Positions 16,347 to 25,460 are shown, numbered from the stretch's first letter. The stretch is DNA of 28,002 nucleotides from a virus (IMGVR_UViG_3300033406_000396:1-28002); one strand, 5' to 3'. The notes: a model not told the origin generated them from the sequence alone. A program made the numbers and translations.

Positions 16347-16718
16347 ATGAAGGAAACTCCCGTAGTATGGTTTGAGATCCCGACTAACGACCTGGACAGA
16401 GCCAGGAAGTTCTATGAAGCGGTCTTTGCTTGCGGACTGACGCCCATGGGATCGGGGGACATGAAAATGTTCCAGTTTCCCACGAAAAATGATGCCTATG
16501 GAACTTCTGGCATGCTGGTACAGATGGAAGGGTATAAACCCGCTATGACCGGCACATTGGTCTACTTCAGTGTCAGCAATATTGACGAAACCCTGAACAG
16601 AGTGATTGTAGCCGGCGGAAAGATCATCTTGCCGAAAATGTCCATCGGCGAATACGGCGTTATTGCGCATTTTGAAGACAGCGAAGGCAATAAAGTCGGA
16701 ATTCACGCCATGGCATAA
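16347..16718 (+). CDS. VOC-family (glyoxalase/bleomycin-resistance-like) protein, moron
   Basis: VVWFEIP..DLDRARKFYE.VF, LVYFSV..IDE.L.RV..AGGKI..PK..IG.YG..A.FEDSEGN..GI; GAGGAGG RBS before ATG 16347. Confidence 0.93.
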   Translation: MKETPVVWFEIPTNDLDRARKFYEAVFACGLTPMGSGDMKMFQFPTKNDAYGTSGMLVQMEGYKPAMTGTLVYFSVSNIDETLNRVIVAGGKIILPKMSIGEYGVIAHFEDSEGNKVGIHAMA

Positions 16719-16742
16719 CAAAATACGTTTCCTATTGACTGC

Positions 16743-16774
16743 GCGCTCACTTGTTTGGTGGGCGTTTTCTTTTT
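16743..16774 (+). terminator. Intrinsic terminator of VOC gene
   Basis: GCGCTCAC-loop-GTGGGCGT followed by TTTCTTTTT. Confidence 0.75.
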
Positions 16775-16780
16775 ACACCG

Positions 16781-17569
16781 TTACGCCGGCGCCACGCCAG
16801 GCGTTGTATCGGCTGAAACGGGAGCTGCGGTCAGTCCGGCGCAGGTGCCGTTGGCAATCGCGATATTGAGCGTGGCATCGTTGGCCGCGGCCGTCTTTTT
16901 CGTTAATATTACTGCGGCGCCGAAGCCGCCAATATCAAACAACGCGGCAACCGCGCTGTCCAGAGCCAAAGACTCACGCGCTTTTTGCGCGACTACGGCA
17001 GCGGAATCGTTTAATGCTACCGCCACGCTGATAGCTTTCGGCGATCCAGTCAGCCCGGCAGCCGTAATGGTAAAAGTCGCATTGCCGGCCGTTGTCACAG
17101 TTCCCGCCACGGTCGCCATTTCAACTTGCTTGGTGCCGTTCACTTCTTCCGGCGCGCCGCTGCCTTCCAGCTTAATTTTGTAGGTTGCCACGCCGTCATG
17201 CGGCGCTTCCTCCGACAGGTCGGTAATGGCCGCATAACCTTGAAATTTGCTGCCGTCTTTGCGTACATAGCGGACATGTACCAATTCGCGCGAGGAAAAA
17301 CAGGCCAGCAGTTTTGACCGTCCTTCATCCACACTCAGCCCGGCTGCATCAGTCAGCATCACGGCGTCGGCATCGATGCTCCAACTCATAAGGCCCGGTA
17401 CGCTGGTTGTCCAAGCTCCTGACATCTTATTGCTGGCGTCAATGACCGCTGCTGTCATGCTCAAGGTTGCCCCACGCTGACCGCCAATGGTGACCCAAAT
17501 GGGGCTGTCTGCGGTTCCGATATTGACTTTTAACAGAAAATCTACGCCATCGCTGGGTAGTAAAGCCAT
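16781..17569 (-). CDS. Major tail protein (TP901-1-like) with C-terminal accessory domain
   Basis: IGGQRGATLS....IDAS.K.SG.W....PGL.SWSIDAD, G.A.ITDLSEEAPHD.VATY...L.GSG. Confidence 0.92.
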   Translation of the reverse strand: MALLPSDGVDFLLKVNIGTADSPIWVTIGGQRGATLSMTAAVIDASNKMSGAWTTSVPGLMSWSIDADAVMLTDAAGLSVDEGRSKLLACFSSRELVHVRYVRKDGSKFQGYAAITDLSEEAPHDGVATYKIKLEGSGAPEEVNGTKQVEMATVAGTVTTAGNATFTITAAGLTGSPKAISVAVALNDSAAVVAQKARESLALDSAVAALFDIGGFGAAVILTKKTAAANDATLNIAIANGTCAGLTAAPVSADTTPGVAPA

Positions 17570-17575
17570 CACACC

Positions 17576-17968
17576 TCACTCCTTTGTATCGATCATAATA
17601 AATTTGTATTGAATGGTCGCTTCACGGTGCGTATCCAATCGTTCCACGGTATGTTTATCGATGGAAGACCAAACGATGCTCCAACCATCCTCCACCTCCA
17701 AAGCAGAAGATTGGATCGTCGTTATCACCGTATCGGCTAATTCAGCGACTTCCTTGTCTCCTTGGTATTCGCTGATGATTTTGATCGTCGCGATTACCTC
17801 CGCGCCTGCGATTGTTTTGGCACCCCAGTCCTGCGCGTTAGTATCCGTGAGGACGACATAGGGCGCTGCCTTGCCTGAGGGAACGTAATCATAGACGGGC
17901 GCCGTTAAGCTGCCGCTCAAGCGCCGATACAGCGCTTTGTTCAGTTCCGATACCGGCGATCGCCTCAT
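17576..17968 (-). CDS. Tail terminator/completion protein (DUF3168-like)
   Basis: L.KALY.RL.....VYDYVP.....PYVV, SEYQG.KEV; synteny. Confidence 0.85.
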   Translation of the reverse strand: MRRSPVSELNKALYRRLSGSLTAPVYDYVPSGKAAPYVVLTDTNAQDWGAKTIAGAEVIATIKIISEYQGDKEVAELADTVITTIQSSALEVEDGWSIVWSSIDKHTVERLDTHREATIQYKFIMIDTKE

Positions 17969-18327
17969 CTCCGCACCTCCCTGTCCACCGCGGCCCGCAG
18001 CTTGCCTTCAATTTCCGGCAAAAGCTGTTCGCGCGTCTTTTGGGCAAAACACTTGGCCTTTACTCCGCGCCGGGTGCCGTACTCCTGCAACGGCGCATGC
18101 GGCGCTTTCGCCCGAACCATTTTGGAAATCCCATACCGGCCTTTGCGGGCGACAATGCTGTTTTTCAAGGCTCCGGTCTTGCGGGGCGCCAGGCTGCGTT
18201 CCCGCTGCCGGATCGCCTTAGCGCCCTCGTCAACTTCCTTTTCAATGGCCCGCAGGACATTGGTGGAAACAAGATCGCCGAACTGGATGCATTGATCTAT
18301 CCCATTAACCCGAATCCGAACATTCAT
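17965..18327 (-). CDS. HK97 gp10-family neck protein
   Basis: APRKTGALKNSI, HAPLQEYGT motifs. Confidence 0.88.
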   Translation of the reverse strand: MNVRIRVNGIDQCIQFGDLVSTNVLRAIEKEVDEGAKAIRQRERSLAPRKTGALKNSIVARKGRYGISKMVRAKAPHAPLQEYGTRRGVKAKCFAQKTREQLLPEIEGKLRAAVDREVRR

Positions 18328-18649
18328 CCGTCACCACCTCCCGGCACTCCAGGCGTAAAAAGGCATGCTTTTCTTCCACATCAATGGGCGGCCCAAGCTG
18401 TTCAAAGATGCGGCTTCCGTATTGAATCCGATCTGTCACTGCTATATCACGGCGATAGCGAATAATAACGCGGTGTAAAATCTCGGGCGTCAGCTGCTCA
18501 TATTGGTCTACCGTCTTGGCGGTCAACGTCACGATCTTGGCCCAAACGGCGGCTCGGGTCACATAGATTGTTTCATAGCCTCCCTGATTGTCCGGTATCT
18601 TGGTTTCCTTCAGCAAGATGCAGCGGCAGTTCAGTTCTCCTGGATTCAT
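18305..18649 (-). CDS. Head closure / head-tail adaptor
   Basis: MNPGELN.R, D.QGG, VWAKI, HRVIIRYR.DI motifs. Confidence 0.9.
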   Translation of the reverse strand: MNPGELNCRCILLKETKIPDNQGGYETIYVTRAAVWAKIVTLTAKTVDQYEQLTPEILHRVIIRYRRDIAVTDRIQYGSRIFEQLGPPIDVEEKHAFLRLECREVVTDECSDSG

Positions 18650-18657
18650 ACTGTCAC

Positions 18658-18924
18658 CTACCAGAGATGCGCGCGGTACGGTGAAAGCAAAACGTACACA
18701 ATGTTAGGAATGCTCTCCCCCGCGCGCTGTTCATAAAAATGGCCAACCAGAATGAGCAAGGCTTGTTTCACCGGGGTAGGTACTTCGCTTGGCAAACCAG
18801 CCTGCAAGTAATTCTCGCAGTGTTCTTTCGCCGCCAAGAGCAAACCAGCGAGAAGGGTGTTTTCCTCCTCGCCGTCAATGCGCAGGTATTCCTTGATTTC
18901 TGTCAGTGTCACCGGATCAGCCAT
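18658..18924 (-). CDS. Head-tail connector (gp6-like)
   Basis: VTL.EIKEYLRID..EE, KQA.L.LVGHFYEQR, LLSPYR. Confidence 0.92.
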   Translation of the reverse strand: MADPVTLTEIKEYLRIDGEEENTLLAGLLLAAKEHCENYLQAGLPSEVPTPVKQALLILVGHFYEQRAGESIPNIVYVLLSPYRAHLW

Positions 18925-18928
18925 GGCG

Positions 18929-19144
18929 TTACCCCATCAGCCCGGCCGCTTGCAGTTTTGCCAGCAGGGCGTTGAAATCCGTTTTCAGATCGGCAATGGT
19001 TGCCGCCGTGCTGTCTGCCTGATTGGCGGCGCGGGTAAGCGGAATGCCGTTCACGGTCAGTTCTCCCTCGGATGCGATCTCTAAGGTTCCGCCGACGATC
19101 CATTTTGCGCCGCCTTGCTCCGCATAGTTTTTCACGTTGTTCAC
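18929..19144 (-). CDS. Head fibre/decoration protein
   Basis: KNY.EQGG....GGTLEI and AANQADSTA...LK.DFNALL.KL.AAGLM; follows capsid gene. Confidence 0.75.
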   Translation of the reverse strand: MNNVKNYAEQGGAKWIVGGTLEIASEGELTVNGIPLTRAANQADSTAATIADLKTDFNALLAKLQAAGLMG

Positions 19145-19154
19145 TTTGCATCAC

Positions 19155-20354
19155 CTACGCTTTCATCTGCAGTACTTTGATGGCTTCCGGCAAAATGAGC
19201 TTGCCGTCCACTCGTTGCGTGGCTTTGAAACCAACCTGGCCGGTAACCGCAAACAGTTCATTGAGCCGCTGGAAACTGCGGCCTTGGCGATCGGCAATCC
19301 AGTAGTAGCTGAAGTCGCCGAAGGCAATGGTTTTTGCCGCTGCCGCAAGCCCCGGGACATAGGCAGAGGTTTTCAACGGCTTGTTGAGTATAGTCTCCGG
19401 TTCGCCGACTACAACCGAAGGCTGCCAGAGATACTGGCCGTTGCCGTCTTTCAGCTTGCGGATGGCCTTGACGGTCGCGTCGTTAGTAACAAATACGGCG
19501 TTTTTGCGGTACGGCGACTTCAAGGAGTAGAACAGGTCCATAATTTCGTCAATCGTAATGGCCGTCGAGCTGGCGGTCGTGCTTCCCACTCCGGCGCCGC
19601 CCGTTGCATTGAAAATGCCGGTGGGCTTTCCGGTTCCATCGCCGACGAAGAAGGCTTCTTCCTCTTTCGCGCCAATGCGCCTAGCGAATTCTTTCGCAAT
19701 ATATTGTTCTAAGTTAAATACGCTGTCGTTGAGAAGCTCTTCGGATACCTTGATCAACGTCGCCAGTTTATGGGCGCCGATCGATACCTGGCCAAAGGCA
19801 TCGTCCGATTCCGGAATAGCGCCTTCTTCATCCACCCAAGAAGCCGTGCCTTTGCTGGCCACCACCGGTATTTTCTTGTCGCCCGACGCCGTCGTAATCA
19901 CTTTGGCCAATTGGCGAAACAGATTTTCCTTTTCCAGCGCTTCAATCAAGGTGCGCTCAAATTCGTCCGGCACCAGGTAGCCGCCTTCGGAGTCGGTTCC
20001 GACTTGCAGGGCGTTTTGCACATCAAAGCTGTTTTTATTCTTCATCGCTTTCCAGAAGGCCGCTTTGTATTCATTGGATGCCCGGCCGGTCTTTTCCGGT
20101 TCCTGGTGCTGGCTGGGTTTGTTCGTAATAGCGGTGGTCGTCGGTTTCGACATTTCAAGGTCCAGAACCGCTTGCCGTTCCAGGCGGTCGATTTCTTTGC
20201 CCAGGCTCACCACATCGGCTTCCATTTTTTCATAGGAAGCTGTATCTTCCGCCGACAGCAGGCCGTTTTCATTTCGCCGGGAATCTAAAAAAGCTTTGGT
20301 GCTGTCCCAAAGCTTGGCGCGCTTCTCGCGCAGTTCCAGTATTTTATTCATCAT
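19155..20354 (-). CDS. Major capsid protein, HK97 fold
   Basis: N-terminal coiled-coil delta domain, GGYLVPDEF, KVSEELL.DS, LKDGNGQYLWQP, FGDFSYY. Confidence 0.97.
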   Translation of the reverse strand: MMNKILELREKRAKLWDSTKAFLDSRRNENGLLSAEDTASYEKMEADVVSLGKEIDRLERQAVLDLEMSKPTTTAITNKPSQHQEPEKTGRASNEYKAAFWKAMKNKNSFDVQNALQVGTDSEGGYLVPDEFERTLIEALEKENLFRQLAKVITTASGDKKIPVVASKGTASWVDEEGAIPESDDAFGQVSIGAHKLATLIKVSEELLNDSVFNLEQYIAKEFARRIGAKEEEAFFVGDGTGKPTGIFNATGGAGVGSTTASSTAITIDEIMDLFYSLKSPYRKNAVFVTNDATVKAIRKLKDGNGQYLWQPSVVVGEPETILNKPLKTSAYVPGLAAAAKTIAFGDFSYYWIADRQGRSFQRLNELFAVTGQVGFKATQRVDGKLILPEAIKVLQMKA

Positions 20355-20371
20355 TCGTTCCTCCCGTTTTG

Positions 20372-21064
20372 CTATTTTAAAAGTTCGAGTCTCGTCAACA
20401 GTTCTTTGTGCGGCGTTCCCGCTTCAGGATTTGGCGCCTTCTCTTTATCCCGGGGAAGTTTGCGCAAAATCGCGTTGGTGACGGTCAAGCGGTCAAAAAT
20501 AAAACCCTCTGCCGCGTCCTGTGTTTCAGGCACATAGAGGATTTTATCGGCAAAACCTAATTCCACCGCTTTTTGCGCGCTGAACCAGGTTTCCGCATCC
20601 ATCATGCTGGAGATTTTATTGCGCGGCAGACCAGTGCGCTGTTCGTAGGCGTTGAGGATACTTTCTTTGACCTCATTCAGCAGCTTAATGCCGCTTGCGA
20701 GATCAGCCGCTTCGCCGAAGATGATGGTGGCCGGATTGTGGATCATCATCATGGCTACCGGGGACATCACAATTTCATCGCCAGCCATGGCGATCACGGA
20801 TGCGGCGCTGGCCGCGATGCCATCAATCTTGACTGTGACCCTGCCCTCATATTCCTTGAGCATGGTGTAAATCTGGCTGGCCGCAAACACATCCCCGCCC
20901 GGAGAATTGAGCCAAACCGCGATGTCGCCGGCAGATGCCGTAAGTTCGGCCTTGAATTTTTTCGGGGTGATGTCGTCGTCAAACCAGCTGTCCTGGGCGA
21001 TGTAGCCGTCAAAATATAGCGTCCGGCCCGCTTCGTTTTTTACCCAGTTCCAAAATTTTTTCAT
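20372..21064 (-). CDS. Prohead maturation protease, ClpP (S14) type
   Basis: LNSPGGDVF, DGIAASAASVI, MMIHNP, ETWFSA..AVELGFAD. Confidence 0.95.
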   Translation of the reverse strand: MKKFWNWVKNEAGRTLYFDGYIAQDSWFDDDITPKKFKAELTASAGDIAVWLNSPGGDVFAASQIYTMLKEYEGRVTVKIDGIAASAASVIAMAGDEIVMSPVAMMMIHNPATIIFGEAADLASGIKLLNEVKESILNAYEQRTGLPRNKISSMMDAETWFSAQKAVELGFADKILYVPETQDAAEGFIFDRLTVTNAILRKLPRDKEKAPNPEAGTPHKELLTRLELLK

Positions 21065-22299
21065 TGGCTTCCCTCCATTCCATTTGCGTTTCTTTGGGCA
21101 AATGCCCCCGCGTCAGCCAGCTTGGTCATGTTGCCGTTGATCAAATACAAGTCCCCGCCCAATTCGGCTGGTATCCGGTTCAGGTTTTCCAGTTCCCGGA
21201 TGTCGTTAGTGGATAGCCAGCCGTTTTGTCGCCCTACGGCGTAGCCGTTCATCCGGCTCTGATAGTCGCCGCGAAGCAGCCCGTCCACGTTGAATTTTAC
21301 AAAGTACTGGCGTTTTTCGCTTTCGCTGAACAAAGCCCGTTGCATCGCCTGCTCCCAGCGAATGACCCACGGATCCAACGTGTATTTTACAAACTCCAGT
21401 GACTGCTGTTCTATGTTAGAGAAGCTGGATTTCTCCAGATCGCCGATCATATGGGGCGGGATGCGAAAGATGCGAGCAATCTCGTTGATCTGGAATTTGC
21501 GCGTTTCCAAAAACTGCGCCTGCTCCGGCGGGATACCGATGCTTTGAAACTTCATTCCTTCCTCCAACACTGCCACCCGGTGGGCGTTGCCGCTGCCCTG
21601 GTATACGGCGTTCCAACTTTCCCGGATTCGCGCAGGGTCTTTGACAACCCCGGGGTGCTCCAATACTCCGCCGGGGCTTGCCCCGTTGGCGAAAAATTTA
21701 GCGCCGTATTCTTCCGTGGCAATCGCCATGCCGATCGCGTTTTTGGCCATGGCGATCGGCGAGTAACCAATCAGGCCGTCAAAGCCCAGCCCCGGAATGT
21801 GGAGGACTTCGTATCGGTTTAAACAATATATTTGCCCATCTTTTTCATACTGGTAGTATAGGATTCCCTGGTCGTTGCGATTGACCATCGTCTTATTGGG
21901 CAACAGCGGATACAAGCCGGCCACCCTGCCCCGGCCATCCCGGATGATCTGGGCATAGGCATTGCCCCATAACAAAAGATGCCCCATCAGTGTTTCGCGA
22001 AACACGAATGAGGTCATCTCCGGATTTGGCTCACTGTGGAGCAGATAGTATATTGGATGATCCATGGCTTTTTCTTTGCCGTTGGCTGTATAACGATAAG
22101 TGTGCATTGGCAGTGAAGCGATGGTTTCCGCCAGGATTCGGACGCAGGCGTAGACCGCGGTGGTTTGCAGCGCCGTTCGCTCATTGACCGGCTTGCCGCT
22201 GAAGCTTGTGCCGAAGAAAAAACTGTAGGCGCTGCCCCATAAGCTGTTTTTAGGACTGGCACGAGATTGAAAAAGCTTTGATAGGAAGGGGATTTTCAT
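21061..22299 (-). CDS. Portal protein, HK97 family
   Basis: AVYACVRILAETIASLP, LLLWGNAY, DGLIGYSPI, IARIFRIPPHMIG, FSNIEQQ. Confidence 0.97.
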   Translation of the reverse strand: MKIPFLSKLFQSRASPKNSLWGSAYSFFFGTSFSGKPVNERTALQTTAVYACVRILAETIASLPMHTYRYTANGKEKAMDHPIYYLLHSEPNPEMTSFVFRETLMGHLLLWGNAYAQIIRDGRGRVAGLYPLLPNKTMVNRNDQGILYYQYEKDGQIYCLNRYEVLHIPGLGFDGLIGYSPIAMAKNAIGMAIATEEYGAKFFANGASPGGVLEHPGVVKDPARIRESWNAVYQGSGNAHRVAVLEEGMKFQSIGIPPEQAQFLETRKFQINEIARIFRIPPHMIGDLEKSSFSNIEQQSLEFVKYTLDPWVIRWEQAMQRALFSESEKRQYFVKFNVDGLLRGDYQSRMNGYAVGRQNGWLSTNDIRELENLNRIPAELGGDLYLINGNMTKLADAGAFAQRNANGMEGSQ

Positions 22300-22324
22300 G
22301 AGTCACCTCCTGAATTTGGGCATG

Positions 22325-22352
22325 AAAAAAGCCCTGATTCATCATCAAGGCT
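22325..22352 (-). terminator. Intrinsic terminator after GNAT-like gene
   Basis: AGCCTTGAT-gatga-ATCAGGGCT followed by T run on minus strand. Confidence 0.8.
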
Positions 22353-22909
22353 CATGATTGTTTTTCAATTAATTCATCCTCTTGGAAAATTTTTATTAAC
22401 TGTATTAATTCATTTTCATGATAATCTTTTTCCAGTTTAATAAATCCAAAAGTTTTATAAAAACCAAGAAGATAAGGAACATCTTTACATTCAAGCATTA
22501 CAATTCTTCCACCCAAACGCATCTGGCCATCTAATAGCGTATTAAGACAATATTGCATTACTTCGTATCCAGCGATTTTGTCTTTATACAAGTCGTTTTT
22601 AGCAACTTGTCCGATCAAAATGGCCGGGAATTCTGTAATTGTCTCACCTTTTATTTTAGCATTAAAGCCATCAAAATTCTTAATTTGTCGATTGGACAAG
22701 GATTCGGGTACTTTAAAAACCTGTAGCGCTAAGGTGAAATAAGCTAAAACTTGAAATTCTTCTTCATCTTCATCGAAAATTAAAAAGGTTCTGCTTTTTC
22801 CTAACTTTTCAAAAGAAATTGCTCTTTCCCTCAAAAATTTTCCGATATCATCATCTTTACCACACACAAAAATAGAAATAAGTTCCTGAGCTCTGTGCTC
22901 ATCACTCAT
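22352..22909 (-). CDS. GNAT-like acetyltransferase, putative toxin (true start possibly about 22948)
   Basis: F.C.KD.DI..FL...AI.FE, AYFTLA, PAILIGQVAKN, GGRIV.LEC....L..FY..FGF; AT-rich. Confidence 0.75.
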   Translation of the reverse strand: MSDEHRAQELISIFVCGKDDDIGKFLRERAISFEKLGKSRTFLIFDEDEEEFQVLAYFTLALQVFKVPESLSNRQIKNFDGFNAKIKGETITEFPAILIGQVAKNDLYKDKIAGYEVMQYCLNTLLDGQMRLGGRIVMLECKDVPYLLGFYKTFGFIKLEKDYHENELIQLIKIFQEDELIEKQS

Positions 22910-22923
22910 TTCTATCAGTTCTC

Positions 22924-23097
22924 TTAGCGAGATAATATTTGTCTTAACTTTAATTCACCTCGCCGTCTATTTTCAGGCGAGACTAAGGTTCTATCCAATT
23001 TCACACTTTTAGTTGGGGTAGAAATTATTTGCACAAATGACTCTACAGCCTTTTTGCTATCTAATGTGAAATCTTTTGTAAATGATGAAGTAGCCAT
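22924..23097 (-). CDS. 57-aa small protein, putative antitoxin (not in ORF track)
   Basis: Manual translation MATSSFTKDFTLDSKKAVESFVQIISTPTKSVKLDRTLVSPENRRRGELKLRQILSR*; GAGGGGGG RBS; lies between promoter and GNAT gene. Confidence 0.75.
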   Translation of the reverse strand: MATSSFTKDFTLDSKKAVESFVQIISTPTKSVKLDRTLVSPENRRRGELKLRQILSR

Positions 23098-23151
23098 TTT
23101 ACCCCCCTCTTTCCTATAAGTGCAATTTAAAGTAGAGATCCTTTATAACTT

Positions 23152-23180
23152 ATAATACGTAACAGCCTGAAATATGTCAA
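23152..23180 (-). promoter_or_regulatory. SigA-type promoter of small protein/GNAT operon
   Basis: TTGACA (23180-23175), 17 nt, TATTAT (23157-23152); second extended -10 TGATATAAT at 23240-23232. Confidence 0.82.
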
Positions 23181-23280
23181 TACAAACAATTTGATTGCAT
23201 AACTAATAGTTCCGGACAATCTTTCAACATCATTATATCACACTATTTGTATTCATATTCATGATCATTGTAAAATATTT

Positions 23281-24873
23281 CTACAATATAAGTATACCTC
23301 TCCCATCATACACACTTGTCTCGCCTTTATTTCGTATCGATCGGTCAAGCGCCATGATGGCAGCTACAATTCCGTCAATCTTTTCTACAGACTTTTCCTT
23401 GTCCGGCTTGATGTTTCCGGCAGGGTCCTGGCGCATGACCACATTCTGCGCCATCCATTTGAGGACAGGGTTTCCGCCGTGATTGATGCTGCCTTCCATC
23501 AGCAACTTATATAGTTCTTTTGACGGAGGAGACATATCCTTATATCCCTGTCCGAAGGGAACAACCGTAAATCCCATATCCTCCAGGTTCTGCACCATCT
23601 GCGTTGCGTTCCAGCGGTCATAGGCAATTTCTTTGATGTGGTATTTCTCGCCCAGCTCCTCTATGAACTTTTCAATAAAGCCGTAGTGGATGACGTTGCC
23701 TTCGGTGGTCTGAATATAGCCCTGCAGTTCCCACACATCGTAAAGCACATGGTCGCGTCGGCACCGTAGTTCCAGCGTATCCTTCGGCAGCCAGAAGAAC
23801 GGAAGCACGACATATTTCTCGTCCTCCGCGCGCGGCGGGAACACCAGGACAAATGCGGTGATATCCGAGGTGCTTGAAAGGTCAAGCCCAGCGTAGCACT
23901 CTCTGCCATGGAGCGAATCCATGTCGAGGGGAAGATTTCCCCGGCTGTAGATATGCTCCGGAATCCAGCACACGGTCGCCGAGGTCCAGATATTAAGACG
24001 AAGCTGTTTAAATACATTCTCTTCCGCTGGATTTTCTAGCGCGTTTTTATATGCTTCACGGACTCGTTCTATGGAGATGGTGTGGCCGAGAGACGGGTTT
24101 GCCTTGTACCAGTTGACTTCATCATTCCAATCGTCCGCTTCGGTCAGGCCATATACAACAGGATAAAAAGTGTTGTCTTTTTTGCGGCCTGCCTTGATGT
24201 CCAGCGCTTTGGCGTGCAATTCATAACAGATGCTGTTCTTGTCATTTCCTGCTGTGGTGATGATAAAGAACAGCGGCTGCTCGCGAGCATCGCCGGAGCC
24301 TTTGGTCAGAACATCATACAGCCTGCGATCCGGCTGGGCGTGTATTTCGTCAAAAACAAGACCGGACACGTTAAGGCCGTGCTTGGTTCCTGTTTCCGCC
24401 GAAAGCACCTGGTAAAACCCGGCGTTGGAGTAGTTCACGATGCGCTTAGTAGCGGCGGTAATCTTCGACCGTTTTAACAAAGCCGGCGACATCTGCACCA
24501 TCTGCTTTGCCACGTCGAAAACAATGGAAGCCTGCGACCTGTCGCAAGCGGCGCCGTACACTTCGGCGCTTGGCTCGTTGTCGGCATACAAAAGATAAAG
24601 GGCAATGGCGGCTGCGAGTTCCGACTTGCCCTGTTTTTTCGGTATTTCTATATAGGCGGTAAGAAACTGCCGTTTGCCGTTCTCGCCGACAATACCGAAA
24701 AGATCCCGAACGATCTGCTCCTGCCAAGGCAATAGTAGAAACTTCTTTCCTGCCCACTTGCCTTTGGTGTGGCAGAGGTTTTCAATGAAGGCCACCGCCC
24801 GGTCAGCCTTTGCCTTGTCATAACGGGAAGTTGCAAGCATGAAGGGAGAAGGCGTGTATTGGTACGACATCAT
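23281..24873 (-). CDS. terL: Terminase large subunit
   Basis: LLPWQ, Walker A IPKKQGKS, Walker B LVFDEIH, ITTAG, GLDLS...D, YDRWNA, KIDG..A. Confidence 0.97.
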   Translation of the reverse strand: MMSYQYTPSPFMLATSRYDKAKADRAVAFIENLCHTKGKWAGKKFLLLPWQEQIVRDLFGIVGENGKRQFLTAYIEIPKKQGKSELAAAIALYLLYADNEPSAEVYGAACDRSQASIVFDVAKQMVQMSPALLKRSKITAATKRIVNYSNAGFYQVLSAETGTKHGLNVSGLVFDEIHAQPDRRLYDVLTKGSGDAREQPLFFIITTAGNDKNSICYELHAKALDIKAGRKKDNTFYPVVYGLTEADDWNDEVNWYKANPSLGHTISIERVREAYKNALENPAEENVFKQLRLNIWTSATVCWIPEHIYSRGNLPLDMDSLHGRECYAGLDLSSTSDITAFVLVFPPRAEDEKYVVLPFFWLPKDTLELRCRRDHVLYDVWELQGYIQTTEGNVIHYGFIEKFIEELGEKYHIKEIAYDRWNATQMVQNLEDMGFTVVPFGQGYKDMSPPSKELYKLLMEGSINHGGNPVLKWMAQNVVMRQDPAGNIKPDKEKSVEKIDGIVAAIMALDRSIRNKGETSVYDGRGILIL

Positions 24874-25343
24874 TCACCGCCTCCCAGCAGCTGCTCCATT
24901 TCGTCGGCATTGTCAACTGAGCCTTCGCCCGCCGCAATTCTGCTCCGAGCCGAAGGTGTCAGGCCGAACTGTTCGCAGAATTTCAGCATGATTTTTAGGT
25001 TTGTCTGGGCGATGGACACCTGCGGCACTTGCTGCAGATAGCCGTTGGGCGTTCGGATCATCGTACCATGTTGGGTGATGAATTCTTCGGCTTCCTTCCA
25101 TCGGGCATACGCCTGGCAATATCCCGCAAAAGCCGCCATATCCATTTCCGTCAGCAGTCCCATCTGCTCTAAGAGTTTGCCCATACGTTTCCATTCTTTT
25201 TTTGCTTCCTCTTCCAGCCACGAAGGGCAGCGCGGGGCTTTTTTATTAGGCTTGGGTTCATTTTTGTTCAGTGGCCGCCTTCCCGGATTGCCTTCCAGTT
25301 CCTTAAGAGCGGTCGGTTTTGGTTTTCTTCCTCTCTGCGCCAT
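24870..25343 (-). CDS. terS: Terminase small subunit, P27 family
   Basis: GRKPKPTALK.LEGNPG.R.LN, FGLTPSARSRI; start ATG 25343 after GAGGAGGTGAGGGG. Confidence 0.94.
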   Translation of the reverse strand: MAQRGRKPKPTALKELEGNPGRRPLNKNEPKPNKKAPRCPSWLEEEAKKEWKRMGKLLEQMGLLTEMDMAAFAGYCQAYARWKEAEEFITQHGTMIRTPNGYLQQVPQVSIAQTNLKIMLKFCEQFGLTPSARSRIAAGEGSVDNADEMEQLLGGGE

Positions 25344-25380
25344 AAGCCCCTCACCTCCTCTCATCAGCATTCATGGCATG

Positions 25381-25405
25381 AAAAAAAGACCTCCGAAGAA
25401 GTCTT
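25381..25405 (-). terminator. Intrinsic terminator with cUUCGg loop upstream of terS
   Basis: AAGACTTC-TTCG-GAGGTCTT-TTTTT; preceded by a second hairpin at 25420-25449. Confidence 0.78.
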
Positions 25406-25460
25406 GTGTCTGGTTGTACGAGAAACAGCCCCCGCAAGGGCCGTATCTCAATATGCTATT

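Noticed and set aside
18909-19154. Alternative-frame 81-aa Arg-rich ORF over the head-fibre gene
   Set aside because: The 18929..19144 frame has the family motif and RBS; this one looks like a frame artefact
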